NCBI GenBank assembly: GCA_030265395.1
Contig: JARFYF010000118.1
Span: forward strand, 24,765,277-24,829,276
Length of the DNA stretch: 64,000 nucleotides
Origin: Rhina ancylostomus
Taxonomy: Eukaryota
Direction of reading: 5' to 3'
The notes beneath the pieces are model-generated. The model saw only the letters and a program-made list of their open reading frames with translations. It did not search any database and had not been told where the DNA came from. A program made the position numbers and the translations under genes. Within the stretch, counting starts at the first letter, position 1. Each line of letters starts with the position of its first letter. Of the stretch, positions 1 to 12,250 are shown piece by piece.

Positions 1-290
1 CAAGAAATTCCTATACACATCAGTTTTAAATGACTGGCCCCTTATCTTGTAACTTTTTCCCCACATTCAAGGCTCTTACATTTAACATCTCAACATCCAC
101 CTTGTCATGTTCCATTAGGATCTTATGCTTCAATAATATCATCTCTCATTCTTCTGAATTCCAAACAATACAAGTCTAACTTTTTTCTAGGCATTCATGA
201 TAGGAGATTGTTCTCACCCCAAGAATTAGCCTAGTGAATCACTCCTGGACTGCCACCAATGCTAGTATGTCCTTAAGCAATGGGACCAAA
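1..290 (-). mobile_element. CR1-clade LINE 3' fragment (degenerate)
   Basis: Reverse-strand similarity to the better preserved CR1 copy at 49535-50055 (aagaaattcct...catc..ttttaaatg...cccct; cattcttctgaattcca). Confidence 0.6.
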
Positions 291-357
291 GTTTTACAAT
301 ATTCAGATCTATGAATGTAATTTTATCAATACTGAAAGTGAGTTGCAGATGGACAGT

Positions 358-455
358 AAAGAATCAGAATCTGGTTTATTATCACTGACTTGTACATTGT
401 GAAATTTGTTGTTTTGTGGCAGGAGTACAGTGCAAAGACACAAAATTCTATAAAT
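358..455 (-). mobile_element. 3' tail of a non-LTR retroelement (agaatc-tailed)
   Basis: gaatcagaatctggtttattatcac... is a reverse-oriented AATAAA plus short tandem tail, with the same layout as the tail at about 56620. Confidence 0.45.
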
Positions 456-493
456 TACAAAATGATCCCCTTATTTCTTTCTTGGTACCACAG

Positions 494-705
494 GTTTGTA
501 AACAGCTTTGTGTATTATGGATTGTGCTTCAATGTTGAAAGTTTTGGCAAGAATATTTATCTAACGAATTTCATCTTTGGACTGGTGGAAATCCTCCGTG
601 TTTCTTGCATTTGGCTCTTGGCGAAGTTTGGTCGAAAAAAATGTCAAGGTTATTTCCTGTTGCTTGGTGGTGTCGCATGCCTCCTCATATTGGCTTTTCC
701 AGAAG
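494..705 (+). CDS. SLC22A13: SLC22 organic anion transporter, internal exon (TM7-TM9 region)
   Basis: Acceptor cacag|G and donor GAAG|gtagg. Encodes (W)FVNSFVYYGLCFNVESFGKNIYLTNFIFGLVEI...KFGRKK...LLGG, which are SLC22 signature motifs. The symbol rests on similarity plus XIRP1 linkage (human 3p22), so it is best read as SLC22A13-like. Confidence 0.85.
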
Positions 706-949
706 GTAGGAGTGAAGTCAATGAGTGGTGGAGCAAAGAGTATTCTGTTATTTGTAATCCAGGATGGCCCTTTCATATCTATCATTCCTCTGCTGTCTCT
801 TTGAAAGAATCATACAGTTAGTTCCATACCTCCTGTCTTTCTCCAAAGCCCCCACGACTGCTTCCTTTTCATTGATTCCTTTAAAAAGTTACTACTGGCT
901 CTGTTTCCACAACTATTCTTATCGCAGTGGGAGAGAAATGTAACTCCAC

Positions 950-1040
950 TGTGTAATGAATTAACCGGTACGAACGGTATGCAAGACAAGTTTTTCACTG
1001 TCTCTCGGTACAAGTGACAACAATAAACCAATACCAATGT
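950..1040 (+). mobile_element. 3' tail of a LINE (Rex/Babar-like)
   Basis: tgtaatgaa...tatgcaagacaagtttttcactgt...ggtaca.gtgacaa.aataaaccaat is the reverse complement of the element end at about 56620-56700. Confidence 0.55.
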
Positions 1041-2275
1041 AACACATGACATTGAAAATATCTGATTCAATAATTTTAATGGTTTATCACATGAATAATA
1101 GAATTAGAGGCTGGAAGCTAATAAAATCATTCATAGAATCTTTGAAATGTATAACTTGGAAGGAAGCCCCATGGCCCATTTCTCTCAATACTGGCTGGAG
1201 AAACAGCTGTGAATACTAATCCCACTTTTCAGCTCTCACTCTGTAGCTTTGTCATTTGTGGCTTTTTGGGCGCTTCTTTGATACATGATAAATGTTCTGA
1301 AGTTTCTGCTCCAGTGAGTACTGACATTCACCACTTATGTGATATTATTTTTTTTCGATTCACTTCTAATCCTTTTATGAACTTGTATCTACATCTAATT
1401 ATTAAACTTTCTGCTCGGGGTAGTAATTCTTTTCAATTCAGCCTGTCCAGTCCTCTCATAATTTCCCCCAGGTCTATAGTGTATATTTTTCTTGTAACTA
1501 ATGTTATTCAGTCCTGGCAAAATCCACAAATCCTCTCTAAGCTCTCTCTTATAATATCACATTCTTCCAGTGGTCAGAAGTGTAAACAGTACTTTAGTTG
1601 CAATGTGACTAGTTAAAATGATTTATGTAGAGAAGAATAGATATCTGAGAATGGGTTGCAGGCTGGAATCTAACAAAGGCATTCAGGTAATTTCTATATA
1701 AAATGATGGTTGAGGAAAAATGGCAGTTAATTAATAGCTATTGCATTTACAACGAAATATTACACAACCCATATGCACAAATCTAAGGCAGTTGCATGAG
1801 GGCATACTAGTTTCCCTAATCAAAGGAGATGTATACAGGTAATGATTGTAAGCTACTGAGCTCCATGAAGAGAATAATGCTGAGCATTTTATGCACTGCA
1901 CAGAAATGAGAGTGAGACTGGTATTAGATAACTTGAAATTTGAGAGAATGGAATTGGAGACCAGGAACCAGAGTAAACTGAACAATAGTAGAATTTGAAA
2001 TGGATGGGGAAGTGACAACACGGATGCTTCTCAAGGTGGGTTATCTTCCAGATCATTCACTCTCCCTTCACCTTTCAAGTTTGTCCTTTTAACTTCACAC
2101 TTTTTGAATGTAAAGGAGCAACTTTGTTTCAATAGGTCAGAAATCTCAGTAGCAATGACCATAAATGGAAAATCAGGGACATGTTAAGCACAAAATAACT
2201 GGGGAAAACGGTCTCTTTGAAGAACAAAGCATGTCAAAAAGGAACCCTTCCATTAATATCTGTTCTTTGTTTCAG

Positions 2276-2384
2276 GAATGGCTCTGGAAGTCACTGTGCT
2301 TGCTGTCCTTGCAAAATTATCAATGTCGTGCTCCTTCTCAGTGACTTATGTCTATTCTACTGAGTTATTCCCAACTGTGGTCAG
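2276..2384 (+). CDS. SLC22A13: SLC22 transporter internal exon (109 nt; TM10 plus ELFPTVVR motif)
   Basis: Acceptor ttgtttcag|G and donor CAG|gtatga. Encodes GMALEVTVLAVLAKLSMSCSFSVTYVYSTELFPTVVR. Phase matches both neighbouring exons. Confidence 0.92.
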
Positions 2385-2989
2385 GTATGATGGATTGGAA
2401 AGAGTGCCATGCGATGAACTGTGTGAAATCTTATATATTTATGCTGGAATGTTTCATCCATCTGTTGCACCTCTATATCAAGCGTTCACAGATCATGCAC
2501 AGCATGCGTGAAATGTAGAGAGCAGTTTGCAACAACTTGCCTCTAACATAGTGTGAGCACAGTTTGTATTATATCTCTCTTACTGTACTTATAATACAGG
2601 ACCAATAATGAAGCTGAGTTAATATCCACCATGAAGATTTGAATTTGATTTCAAGTTGTGAAGTGAAAAGCCATTATCAGGAAAAGTGACCACAAAACCT
2701 TGTGCACAAATGATCTCAAGGTACAAGTCTACCTTCTTTCACATGAAGTGGCCTGTACTGAACACGAACCCACACCCATGCCAAAATGGCTGACTGTTAA
2801 ATAACCTCTAAAGAGGTTGACTGAACTATAGAGTTCCCGCACCACTTTTTCTTGGCAAATAGTGGGTGGTAGTAAATGTCAGGAGCATCTACATCCAATA
2901 AAGATGTGTAAAAAAAAAACAAAAAGCTTGTTGTCAGCAAGTAAAGGTCATGCTCGAAAGACTGGCTATGGGTCAGGATTTTCACTGAA

Positions 2990-3170
2990 AATCAAAAGAC
3001 TACAGATTCTGAGAAACTGAAATAAAAACAAACTGCCAAAAGGCTAGGCAACATTCTGTGGTGAGAGTAACAAAGTTAATCTTGCATCAACATTGACTGG
3101 AAAATGTCACTGTTTTTCTCTCCATGGAGCCGACTGTTTCTTAGACTTTCATTGTCTGAAGTTCTGGCAC
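2990..3170 (-). mobile_element. Penelope-like terminal fragment (degenerate)
   Basis: Resembles the copies at 26745 and 35175 in both orientations (aactgaaataaaaaca...ggctaggcaacattctgtgg; gaaaatgtcactgtttttctctccat). Confidence 0.35.
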
Positions 3171-3784
3171 TTTCTCATCAGTGTAATATTAAAATGGCAT
3201 TTTGTGTCTTGGTATCAGAGTGGTAATGGATGGCAAGTGATGGGCTACGTGAGGAATAAGAGAATCGTGGAGGAAGGTGGAATTGAGATAAGCAAGGCTT
3301 GAAGGCCTGAATGACCTAATCCTTCTACTATTACATTTTATCATTCATATTGAAGCTTGTTTATTAATCACATCAATTGTTTTTACCAACATGTGAGCAA
3401 ATAGTTTTTTTTCCAATTGCTTTACTTCTCCCTACTTTTCCTCATTGGCATGTCAAGATATTTCACTGGATTTTGAACCACAATGAAGCCCATTTTCACA
3501 GTTCTTTTATTCCTTCCAACCTGTGACACCAATGGTCAAGCCATGAAGCAGTAAGTATAGAAGAGTAAGTAACTTAGCAACTAAACTCCAAAGTTCCAAA
3601 GAGAATAAATTGTGTGCATTTGTTGGTGCGCTTTGGTATATTGCGTGGCCTCACTGTAATTGACATGTATGGTGATGGAAAAAACTTGTTCTTAATAAAT
3701 GATTGTTAGCCATAAAAATGAATGGTATATGAGGAATGGATTGTATTGCTGGCAGGTTTATAGTTCTTTCTTTTGCTGATGCAG

Positions 3785-3994
3785 GCAGAGTGGTATTGGT
3801 TTGGTGTCCATGTTTGCTCGGTTAGGTGGCATCATCGCTCCCATGATCATGATTTTGGAACAGGACTACCCAGGCATCTCCTTGATCTTATTTGGAATCA
3901 CATCAATAATCGCCAGTGCTCTGAGTCTCCTGCTGCCAGAAACTGCCAACAAAGAACTACCAGATGACACTGGGCAAGTTGGAAATGTTAAAAA
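3785..3994 (+). CDS. SLC22A13: SLC22 transporter penultimate exon (TM11-TM12, LLLPET motif)
   Basis: Acceptor gatgcag|G. Encodes RQSGIGLVSMFARLGGIIAP...LLLPETANKELPDDT. Probable donor AA|gttagt at 3995. The terminal exon was not securely identified. Confidence 0.88.
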
Positions 3995-5479
3995 GTTAGT
4001 ACTGTTTTATTTAAGCTATAGCGCAATTCCTAATCTTTGGATGCCTCAAAAATTCTGTGTACTTCTATGGTGTAATCTGTTGTCTATCGGAGATGACTAA
4101 CACTTGTCTTGGTTGAATGTCTTAATCAAAAGAGAGCACTCAGCAGGTGTTGACCTCCCCAAATATTGCACTGCAATGAATTGTAATCTTTCAATTCTGA
4201 AAGAGAATCGGCAACTGACAAACCACACTGGACTTGTTGCATGGCAATCCTGAGCTATTCACTTTTCTTCCTCAAGAATGTGAGGTGCTGGTTTGATCCA
4301 CCCTTGTTTTTCCCGTGGAAGTTCCATTTTGGAATATGGCTGTTAACTAAGATGACACACTAGTTCAGGGCCAAGAGGATCCTCTCCAGTCAGAGGTTGT
4401 TCCTTGTTGCCATCAGCCACCACCAGAGAAAACAGATTAATTAATGACCAATTTCACCCACAATTGAGATCCTTAATTGTTTTTTGCCAATAAGTGAGAA
4501 AATATTTGGAGCCCTCAATCCCCACTGATGTACAATTGGTCCTCTTTTGAAACACGCGTCAACCCCAAGTATTGCCAATCCCATTCTTCCTTCCCTCTTC
4601 TGTCCTGCCAGTCCCAGCTTTTCTTTCCTTGCTCTCCAATCGCTATCAACCTCATTCCCCTGCTCCTAATACCCACACAAAACTGCGCTATTATCTTGCT
4701 CTCAGTCCCAACCCTTCTTGACGCAGCACAAGCCCATTCAAGCTGCTAATCTCTGGAGCTCAACGTTGGAAGTGAGAATTAAGTGGCATTTCTTCAACTC
4801 AAAATGTGCAACACCTTTGTACTTGAATCGGTCATTGACTTACTATTACAGTTTCATATTAGAGCACCCATGAATTAGAATTTCTAGGCATGTAATTTTT
4901 GACTCTGCTACCATTAAAAAGAAAGGAAACCCCATGAAAGAATATTTGGCAGGTGAATGCACACCTGCAGGTCAGAGAACTTCCTCACTTGGATAGAGGG
5001 TGTTTTTGCAAAGGAAGATGTGATGTCAGGCCGAACTTCCCCATGCTATAATTACTAATTATCAATCTAGTGTGTATGTAAAAAAAAAAGTTTTACTTAA
5101 AGGAGTTGAGTTTGCACTCTGGACAATTAGGGCACAGATTATACCCATTTTGAGAACTTTGAGTTTCAGTGAAATGTATTTGCATATCATGAATTGCAAA
5201 TTACGTCACAAGCCAGCACAATTGCANNNNNNNNNNNTAAAGCCAGAAGATTTTGCTTCACAACAGTTTCCTTGATACATGTTCAATTTGATTAATATAG
5301 CTGAAAATTGTATTATAAATAAGTACATTTTAATCCATTGCTTGTGAGTAACCTTATTTTAAGTTACCAAAATAGTTTGAAAATGAACAGGAACAAAAAG
5401 TGCAAGATATATCAAGGTACAAAAGCCTGTTCCTTGAAAAAAAATTAAAGAATATTACAGTCAAAAGCTTTTAAAATGT

Positions 5480-5552
5480 TTTATTAATGTCCTTGTTCCC
5501 CAATGAATCAATTTAACTTTTAAAACTATTTTAAAGACACACAAAATTTATT
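5480..5552 (-). terminator. Candidate distal poly(A) signals of XIRP1 (after the LIM-type terminal exon)
   Basis: Two minus-strand AATAAA (5480-5485, 5547-5552) in AT-rich, UTR-like sequence between the convergent genes. Confidence 0.3.
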
Positions 5553-6894
5553 AAATTAGTTGTAACTCACAATGGTGATACATTTATGCTTGGAATTGCA
5601 CCTGTTTTGTGGGCAGGGCTGATCTCTAATACAATTTTTAAACATTGCAAAAGATTGGAGAAGCTTGATTTGTGCTTAAAATATTTTCTCTTAAATCTCT
5701 GTGCTATGTCAATTTCAGGTAAATTATCCCAACAGAAAGTAATCAACAGTAGCTCCAGGCACATTTTATTTCTTTCATCCCAAAAGGAAAGGACTGTCAT
5801 TGTTAGGTGAAGGAATGATTTCCACAAGGTAACCAGCATCTATCATCAGTATAGAAGAGAAGTCCCACTAGATTATCCCAAAAATATGTGTATTGTTGAC
5901 AACATCAAAGTGTTGCCATCCTTCAGCTCCTAAACCTGAAATTAGTTTAGGATATCTATTTTGCTGGAGTCACATGGCACATGTTGTCTTTTACCAAGTA
6001 TCAAGGTCACCAGAGAAGATATTCAACCTACTAATGTTGGTAGAATGCAAAACTCTGTTTAGAGCACCACTGATCTATTAATGGCTTTAGTATAAAGTTG
6101 CTCAATGGCTTTATTTTATCTCTAGGGAAGTGAATGGTAAGAGTGATGTAGAAAATGCATACCATCAGTCTGCAGCGGATGCTGGCAACTTCACTAAGAG
6201 CACAAGAATGTGACACAACATGTCATTGAAGAATGGCCCGAATTTGAGCAATGCTGACTATCGTCTATTTGGAATTGCTGAGCTCTCCTCTGCATTTTAA
6301 CTTGTAGCTTGTATTCATTTGCAGGAAACTATATATCAGTACTGTCAAAAGAAAAATTGGGTAAAGAACTTGGCTTTTTAAAGATTATTGAATAATTCTG
6401 TGTTGGTGATTTGAACACAGGATGAGCCATCAGAGTCAGGTACAACAAATCAAAGGAGTTGTTTATTTTACGTGACTGAAAATGCCCAATGTGTAATTTG
6501 AATATGGTGGTGTTTTGTTTCTTTGTTTTTAAGGCAAAAAATAGACAGCCATGTAATGTATAAGAATGTATCCCTGGGATTTTATAAGCATACTACTGAT
6601 AGTCCATCTGATGGGATTTCAAGTAGAGCATGCATTTGTCTCAATGCTTCACCTAATGCATAGAAACACAACTTTATAAAATAATGGCAGACTCTATTTG
6701 AAGGAAAAGATTAAAAAGGAAGTGATTTAACAATCTTGGATTCTTGTTTCATATTTGGGGTAGTCCCTTACACTTTCCCTATTGCTCCAAAGTCTCATAT
6801 AAAATGTGAAGCTGCTTCACAAAGTTTCCTCAAGTTTTGTTAATGGGAAGTAATGTCATAAAGTTCTGATTTTCTACTTTTCACCAATGTCCAA

Positions 6895-7243
6895 CCCTAA
6901 TGGGGTTTATAAAATTATGATGGGCATAAATAGGGGAGATAGTCTTCTTCCAAGAGTAGGAGCATCTAAGTCTAGAGGACATAGGTTTAAGGTGTGAGGG
7001 AAAATATTAAAAGGAGATCTGAGTGATATGTTTTTCAAACGGAAAGCTGCCAGAGGAGGTGGTAGAGGCAGGTACAATCACACGTTTTTTTGGACAGGTA
7101 TATGGATAGGATAGATGGGAAAGGAATAGAGGGATATGAGCCAAATGCAGGAAAATGGGATTAGTGTAGGTAGGCATTTTGGTTGGCATGGACGAGTCGG
7201 GCGGAAGGGCCTCTTTTCCCCCCCGTACCAATCTATGACTCTA
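6895..7243 (+). mobile_element. CR1 LINE 3' end
   Basis: tataaaattatga...ggacataggtttaaggtg...gaggtggtagaggcaggtaca...ctatgactcta terminal repeat. Confidence 0.85.
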
Positions 7244-7244
7244 A

Positions 7245-9666
7245 ATCTGGTTTGTCTTTTTACTGTGCACAATAAAGGCCAATGGCTTCTAAAGGTTTAA
7301 ATCTGGTTGTTTTCAAATAATCACCTCTTTATAAATACCAGGCCTGATTTCAAATTATGTCTGCTTGAAGATAAAATAGACCAAAAAAGGAATGCTAGAG
7401 AAATCAACCTGAGCAAGACATCAGACAAATATTATGCACCTTTCCAAAGAAATCCCATCATATTCCTGGATACTCTGGTAAGAATATTGTCTTCAATAAC
7501 TTTAGACTTCAGCTATTTCCTCCATTTTCTTTTACTGTGAGCATTGCTGGCGACAGTCTCTCCACACTTGCAAGGGAAGGGGGAGTTATACTTCTGGATT
7601 GCACAAGGCCCCCCATCAGAACATAACAGAGGTGGTGCTGTGTTCATTAACATGAACTACTTCTGAAAGTTCTGCTGGAGGTACAACTGCTTTTGTTTTG
7701 TTCTTGTTCAATTCTGCCACCCATCTGAGAATTGGGTTTGTTTGAATTTGCAGTCTCTAATGTTGATTTCTTGAAGATCTTTTTGTTGTCTGAAACAAGT
7801 TAGAAAATGAACTTTTACTGATTCATGATGATTCTTCTAGTTCCATGTCCCATTGTCTTCCCAGAAGAATTATTTATGTCAATGAGATCCAGTACGTTGG
7901 ATTTCATTTTAATTCTAAAACATTAAGACTCCTACAATTATTCACTCTTCAGTGAATAAAATGGTAATTTTATCATCTTCATCTTTATTCACTACTGAAA
8001 ACCTCATCTTATATTTGATTGTAATCTTTACAATTCCCTCCTATTCTGTATATTTCTTTTCATAATTTGGTCTTCTTCAGAATTCCTTCTTATTTTCTTG
8101 GTATAAAACATTAGGAAATTGGAATTGGTGCATATCTGTGTTCCAATATATTCATTATGAAGGTTCATTCTTTGAGTATTGATTAAGTGGCTCCATGGAG
8201 TTGGCAGGTATCTATAATACCTGCAGCTTGTTCAGTCGTAACACTGATTCATGTGGAAATATCCTCATGTTCCATCTTGATGAATTCTTCATCTCCTTTA
8301 TCTTTTTTGGAAGATTTGCCATCTAACTATTCATAATGATTGCCCGTGGTTAGCAAATCATGGGATTCAGTACTTTCATTGGCCTCTTTGAATCTGATTG
8401 AGTCTAGGCAATATGGTGTTACAGCAAATTCAAGGAGCTGGCTCTCTGCAGTTGAAATTGATTCTTTCTTCTGCAAGTCATCAATGCTCCTATCTACTGT
8501 CTTGTCAGTAAACAAATGTATGATTGACTGAATTAATTGCCCTTGCAGCTTTTCTATTGTTCCTTTCAGTTTGGAAAAGTTAAACTTTTCTCGATTAGGG
8601 CTATTGACATTATGAAACTCAGATTTCAGTGACCCTGTTTCTCATTCGTAGATCTTTCCTGGTTGAGAGAAGCTGGGCTTTTATTCATATTCCTCTTTTC
8701 AAAATTATGTTCAAACATTTATTTCAGTTCTTTTGAGAGTCTGTTTTCCATCATCAGTTTTTGCTTATGGAGATATTTGAACCCTTTATTTGTCTAAATG
8801 AAATTCTTTAGTCACTGCTATTTTGTTTGGTTCATTTGCTTCATGCTGTTCCAATTCTCATTTTCATTTAATTTCTCTGCAATGCTTAATGCAGATTTTA
8901 CCATCAACAATTTAAAGCTCCTTTTTTCTGTATCTCTGTGTACTTCTGAAAAGCGGTCAGGCCTTTTGCTCACATAATTATCTCTAAATGCAAATCCCTT
9001 TAGTTTGTCCATTTTGCTATTTACTACTGATCACAGGGTGCAGTGACATCACCCCACTTTTGTTCCATAAGACTTGGGTTCTTGGTGCCTGTTTTCATTT
9101 CAGATCCCCGGACATGGGGTCTGCCCTTTTAGTTCATCTGCAATGATTTCATGTTCTCTGTGTTTGAACAGTCCTTGTGAGTGGGTTGATGTGTTTCCTT
9201 CCCTCCTCCTCTTACCCAAATGAATTGATTTAAAGAGTTGTGCATTTCTCTACATGAATGAAGTTATTCAGATTTAGAAGATTTGAGGGGTGCCATACTT
9301 CTCTAGTCTGCTGTTTTTGGGGGAGGCCAGCTAACTCTGAGCTTTGCTATTGGCACTGACCTTGTACTGTCCTCCATACCAGATTTACTTCTTTCAGCAG
9401 CCTCAGAAATCCTGCCCACACCTTCCAAGTTGGATTGCACGGCACTAGGTACAAGGTCTAATTTCCCTTTTGCATCTTCTAAGTTACCATTTTCCTCAAT
9501 TTGTACATTATTTTCAGCTTGGCTGCAATTAGCACTCTTTGATAGCAAAAGCTCTTCACGAAGATTAAGGTCAAAGTCTCCAACGTAATTGTGTTTCACC
9601 TTGCATTGGCTGTCATAGTGAGCCCTGCAATAAAATTCATCCTGCACTGGCACAAAGTTAAGGAGG
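7245..9666 (-). pseudogene. XIRP1: Disrupted LIM-domain/EPLIN-like terminal exon of XIRP1 (open 9666-9303, then stops and frameshifts)
   Basis: Acceptor ttcttcttttacag|C (phase 2). (S)LLNFVPVQDEFYCRAHYDSQCKVKHNY resembles the second LIM half of XIRP2/LIMA1 (SLGNYASLHGEFYCKPHF..LFKSKGNY). It is followed by KLRVSWPPP, TAG at 9305-9303, then LKSSKSE* where LKMSKPKW is expected. The lower boundary is uncertain. Confidence 0.7.
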
Positions 9667-10462
9667 CTGTAAAAGAAGAACAATACCTTACATCACAACA
9701 AGGAAAGTAGACTGTTAGGTCATGTAGTGTTAATTAAATACAGCTTATTAAAGTTAACACATATTGGGAATCAGAACCATTGGTTCTAACCTGGCCTGCT
9801 GTGGCTTAAGGATAATTCTGGTTGGATGCCCAATTAATGCGTTATCTAATTTTATTCTTCATCAGCTTCAGTTGAGATTAAAATTGGTTTGAGTATAAAA
9901 CTGGCATCAGACCTGACTCTTCCTATTAAGGTTAAAATTAGAGCTGGAATATCTAATATAATTGAATTTGAGATATGTAAGAGGGACACCAGCCTTCTCC
10001 AGGTAGACGCTGAGGTTGGTGGAAATAACAGCAGTTATATGAGTCTTATCATTGACATCCACATGCAGTGGATGAGGAAGAGATAGCCACTGGCCTTCCC
10101 TGTAGAAGGACATTGTGTTCAGGGTAGAAACATGAGAAAAAAACATCAATACCTTCTTATATTTAAAAAAAACATTTCCACTGACAAACTGTCCAATTTA
10201 TTACCTGTGTGCCATTGTGTCGCAAGTTGCATCATTGAGTTTTTGACACTTAAGTCCTTTCACAACAATGCTGTTGCTCCTTTAAGAGCTATTTAGTATA
10301 TTATCAAATATTTGGTCATAATCTTGCAAGGATAGAGACAGGGAGCATATGAAATTTGTATTAAAATTAAGACAATTTTATTGGAATGATTTGAAATTAG
10401 ACAATAATAAAAATAACATTGCAGGTTAATGATAAAATCAATGCTATTTTTAAAAACACTCA

Positions 10463-10594
<132 letters not shown>

Positions 10595-10884
10595 CTAATA
10601 CAAGATCTTTGTAAGTAGCATACACCTAATGACCTCTGCCCTTAGAATTAGCTAAGATTTATAACTTCTCCCTTATATGTCGTAACATAATCCTTGACTC
10701 AAACCCAACCGAACGAGGCAGGATCATGTTTTCAGGACTGGGAATCATGTTTTTGTACAAAGCTGCCACTTTCTGTTCCACAACCATACCTCTTTTTATC
10801 TAATTTACTTCTTGTAGGTTGGTAGGTGGGTTTTCATATATGTGGCAGCCCTGTGAGTTGTCAGTCTTCATCTTTGAGCCAGGA

Positions 10885-11050
10885 AAATAGGTCCCAAACT
10901 ATCCACACACCTGTCCCATCAAGCAACTCCTGTTCCACTTGTGGCAGAGTCTGCACCTCTCAGATTGGCCTCATCTGTCACCTCAGAAGCCACAGAACAG
11001 GAGAGGAGGCAAATCATCCTCAATCCTAAGCGGCTGTTTGAGGAGGAGGA
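10885..11050 (+). mobile_element. RTE-clade LINE 3' end
   Basis: Translates as CSTCGRVCTSQIGLICHLRSH (RTE C-terminal C2H2-like motif), followed by a short 3' UTR and a gaggag tail. Confidence 0.7.
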
Positions 11051-11329
11051 ATTAGGTAGAATCAAAAGTCTCAACATATGAATACAATGCACATGGCACT
11101 GTGTGTAAATTCAGAGTTAATGCCTGACCCAGAGGATGAAGTTTCAAATCTCTTCTGCTTGTCCATACGTGGAGTCTAGTATGTTTAACCTACAACTTCG
11201 AATGTTGTGGGCACTCGTAAACCCAAGCTGAAATTAATTTAAAGTAACTAATACACTAATTAGTTTTGGGAAGAGATGCTGCTTGTCTCTACCCTTAGCT
11301 GGTTTAATTCTGACGTATGGACAAAAAAC

Positions 11330-12250
11330 AGGGTAGGAATAAATTAGGTATTTGCAGGTTGCAGACTATAATTAGCAGGCCAATGCTTGAGCTTCAGCTG
11401 TTAATAATCCTTATTATTAGTTTACATGGAAGGAACAAATCTAATGCAATCAAGTCGGGTAATAAAAAGTTAGGTGGGAAAGTAAACTGAGAGGTGCTAA
11501 CAATGACATTACAAATTATAGAGTGAGTGGGCAAGGAAGTAGCAAATGGAGTGTAATGAAAGTAAATATCAGGCTATTTGTGCTGGTTGAAAGAAGGAAA
11601 ATAGAATTTATGAAACAATGCAACTCTTAAATGTTATTGTTTGGAGATTTGGGTATCCATGCATATGGACCATAAAGTTAGAATGTAGGTGCAGCATGCT
11701 AATTTGCTTATCTAATTGCTTGCTGAATTTTATTGCGAACAAGATTGAGTACAAAACCAAGGAGCTTTTGCTACAATTGAACAGGACTTGGTGAGACTTT
11801 GCCTGCAGTACTTTGTACCATTGCAGAAGGGCGGTATTATGAGGAAAGATTGACAAGAATAGACGTACACTCCTTCAGTTTTAGCAGAATGAACTTTGAT
11901 CTCACTGAAGAATATAAGATCCAGAAAAGGTTTGACAAAGTGGATGCTGAGAGTTTACTTTTTCCAAAGAGACCTTGAATCAGGGGCATAATCTCAGGAT
12001 ATTTAAGACTGGTAAATTATTCTTTTACAAAGAGAGTGGCAACTTTTGTTTTGAAATTCAATATCAGAAGGGCTGTGAATGCTCAGATATTAAGTTTATT
12101 TAAGACTGAGATCAAAAGATTTATGGAATTCAGGAGACTCGAAAGAAATGGGAATTGGGCTAGAAAGTGGAGTTGAGATATAAGATTAACCTTGGTTTTG
12201 TTAAATTGCAATGGTCACATAGTTTACCCCTGTTAATTAATATTCTTATG
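11330..12250 (+). mobile_element. Old CR1 LINE ORF2 3' fragment
   Basis: Degenerate match to the RT C-terminal and 3' UTR landmarks seen at 52850-53490 and 59110-60090. Confidence 0.7.
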
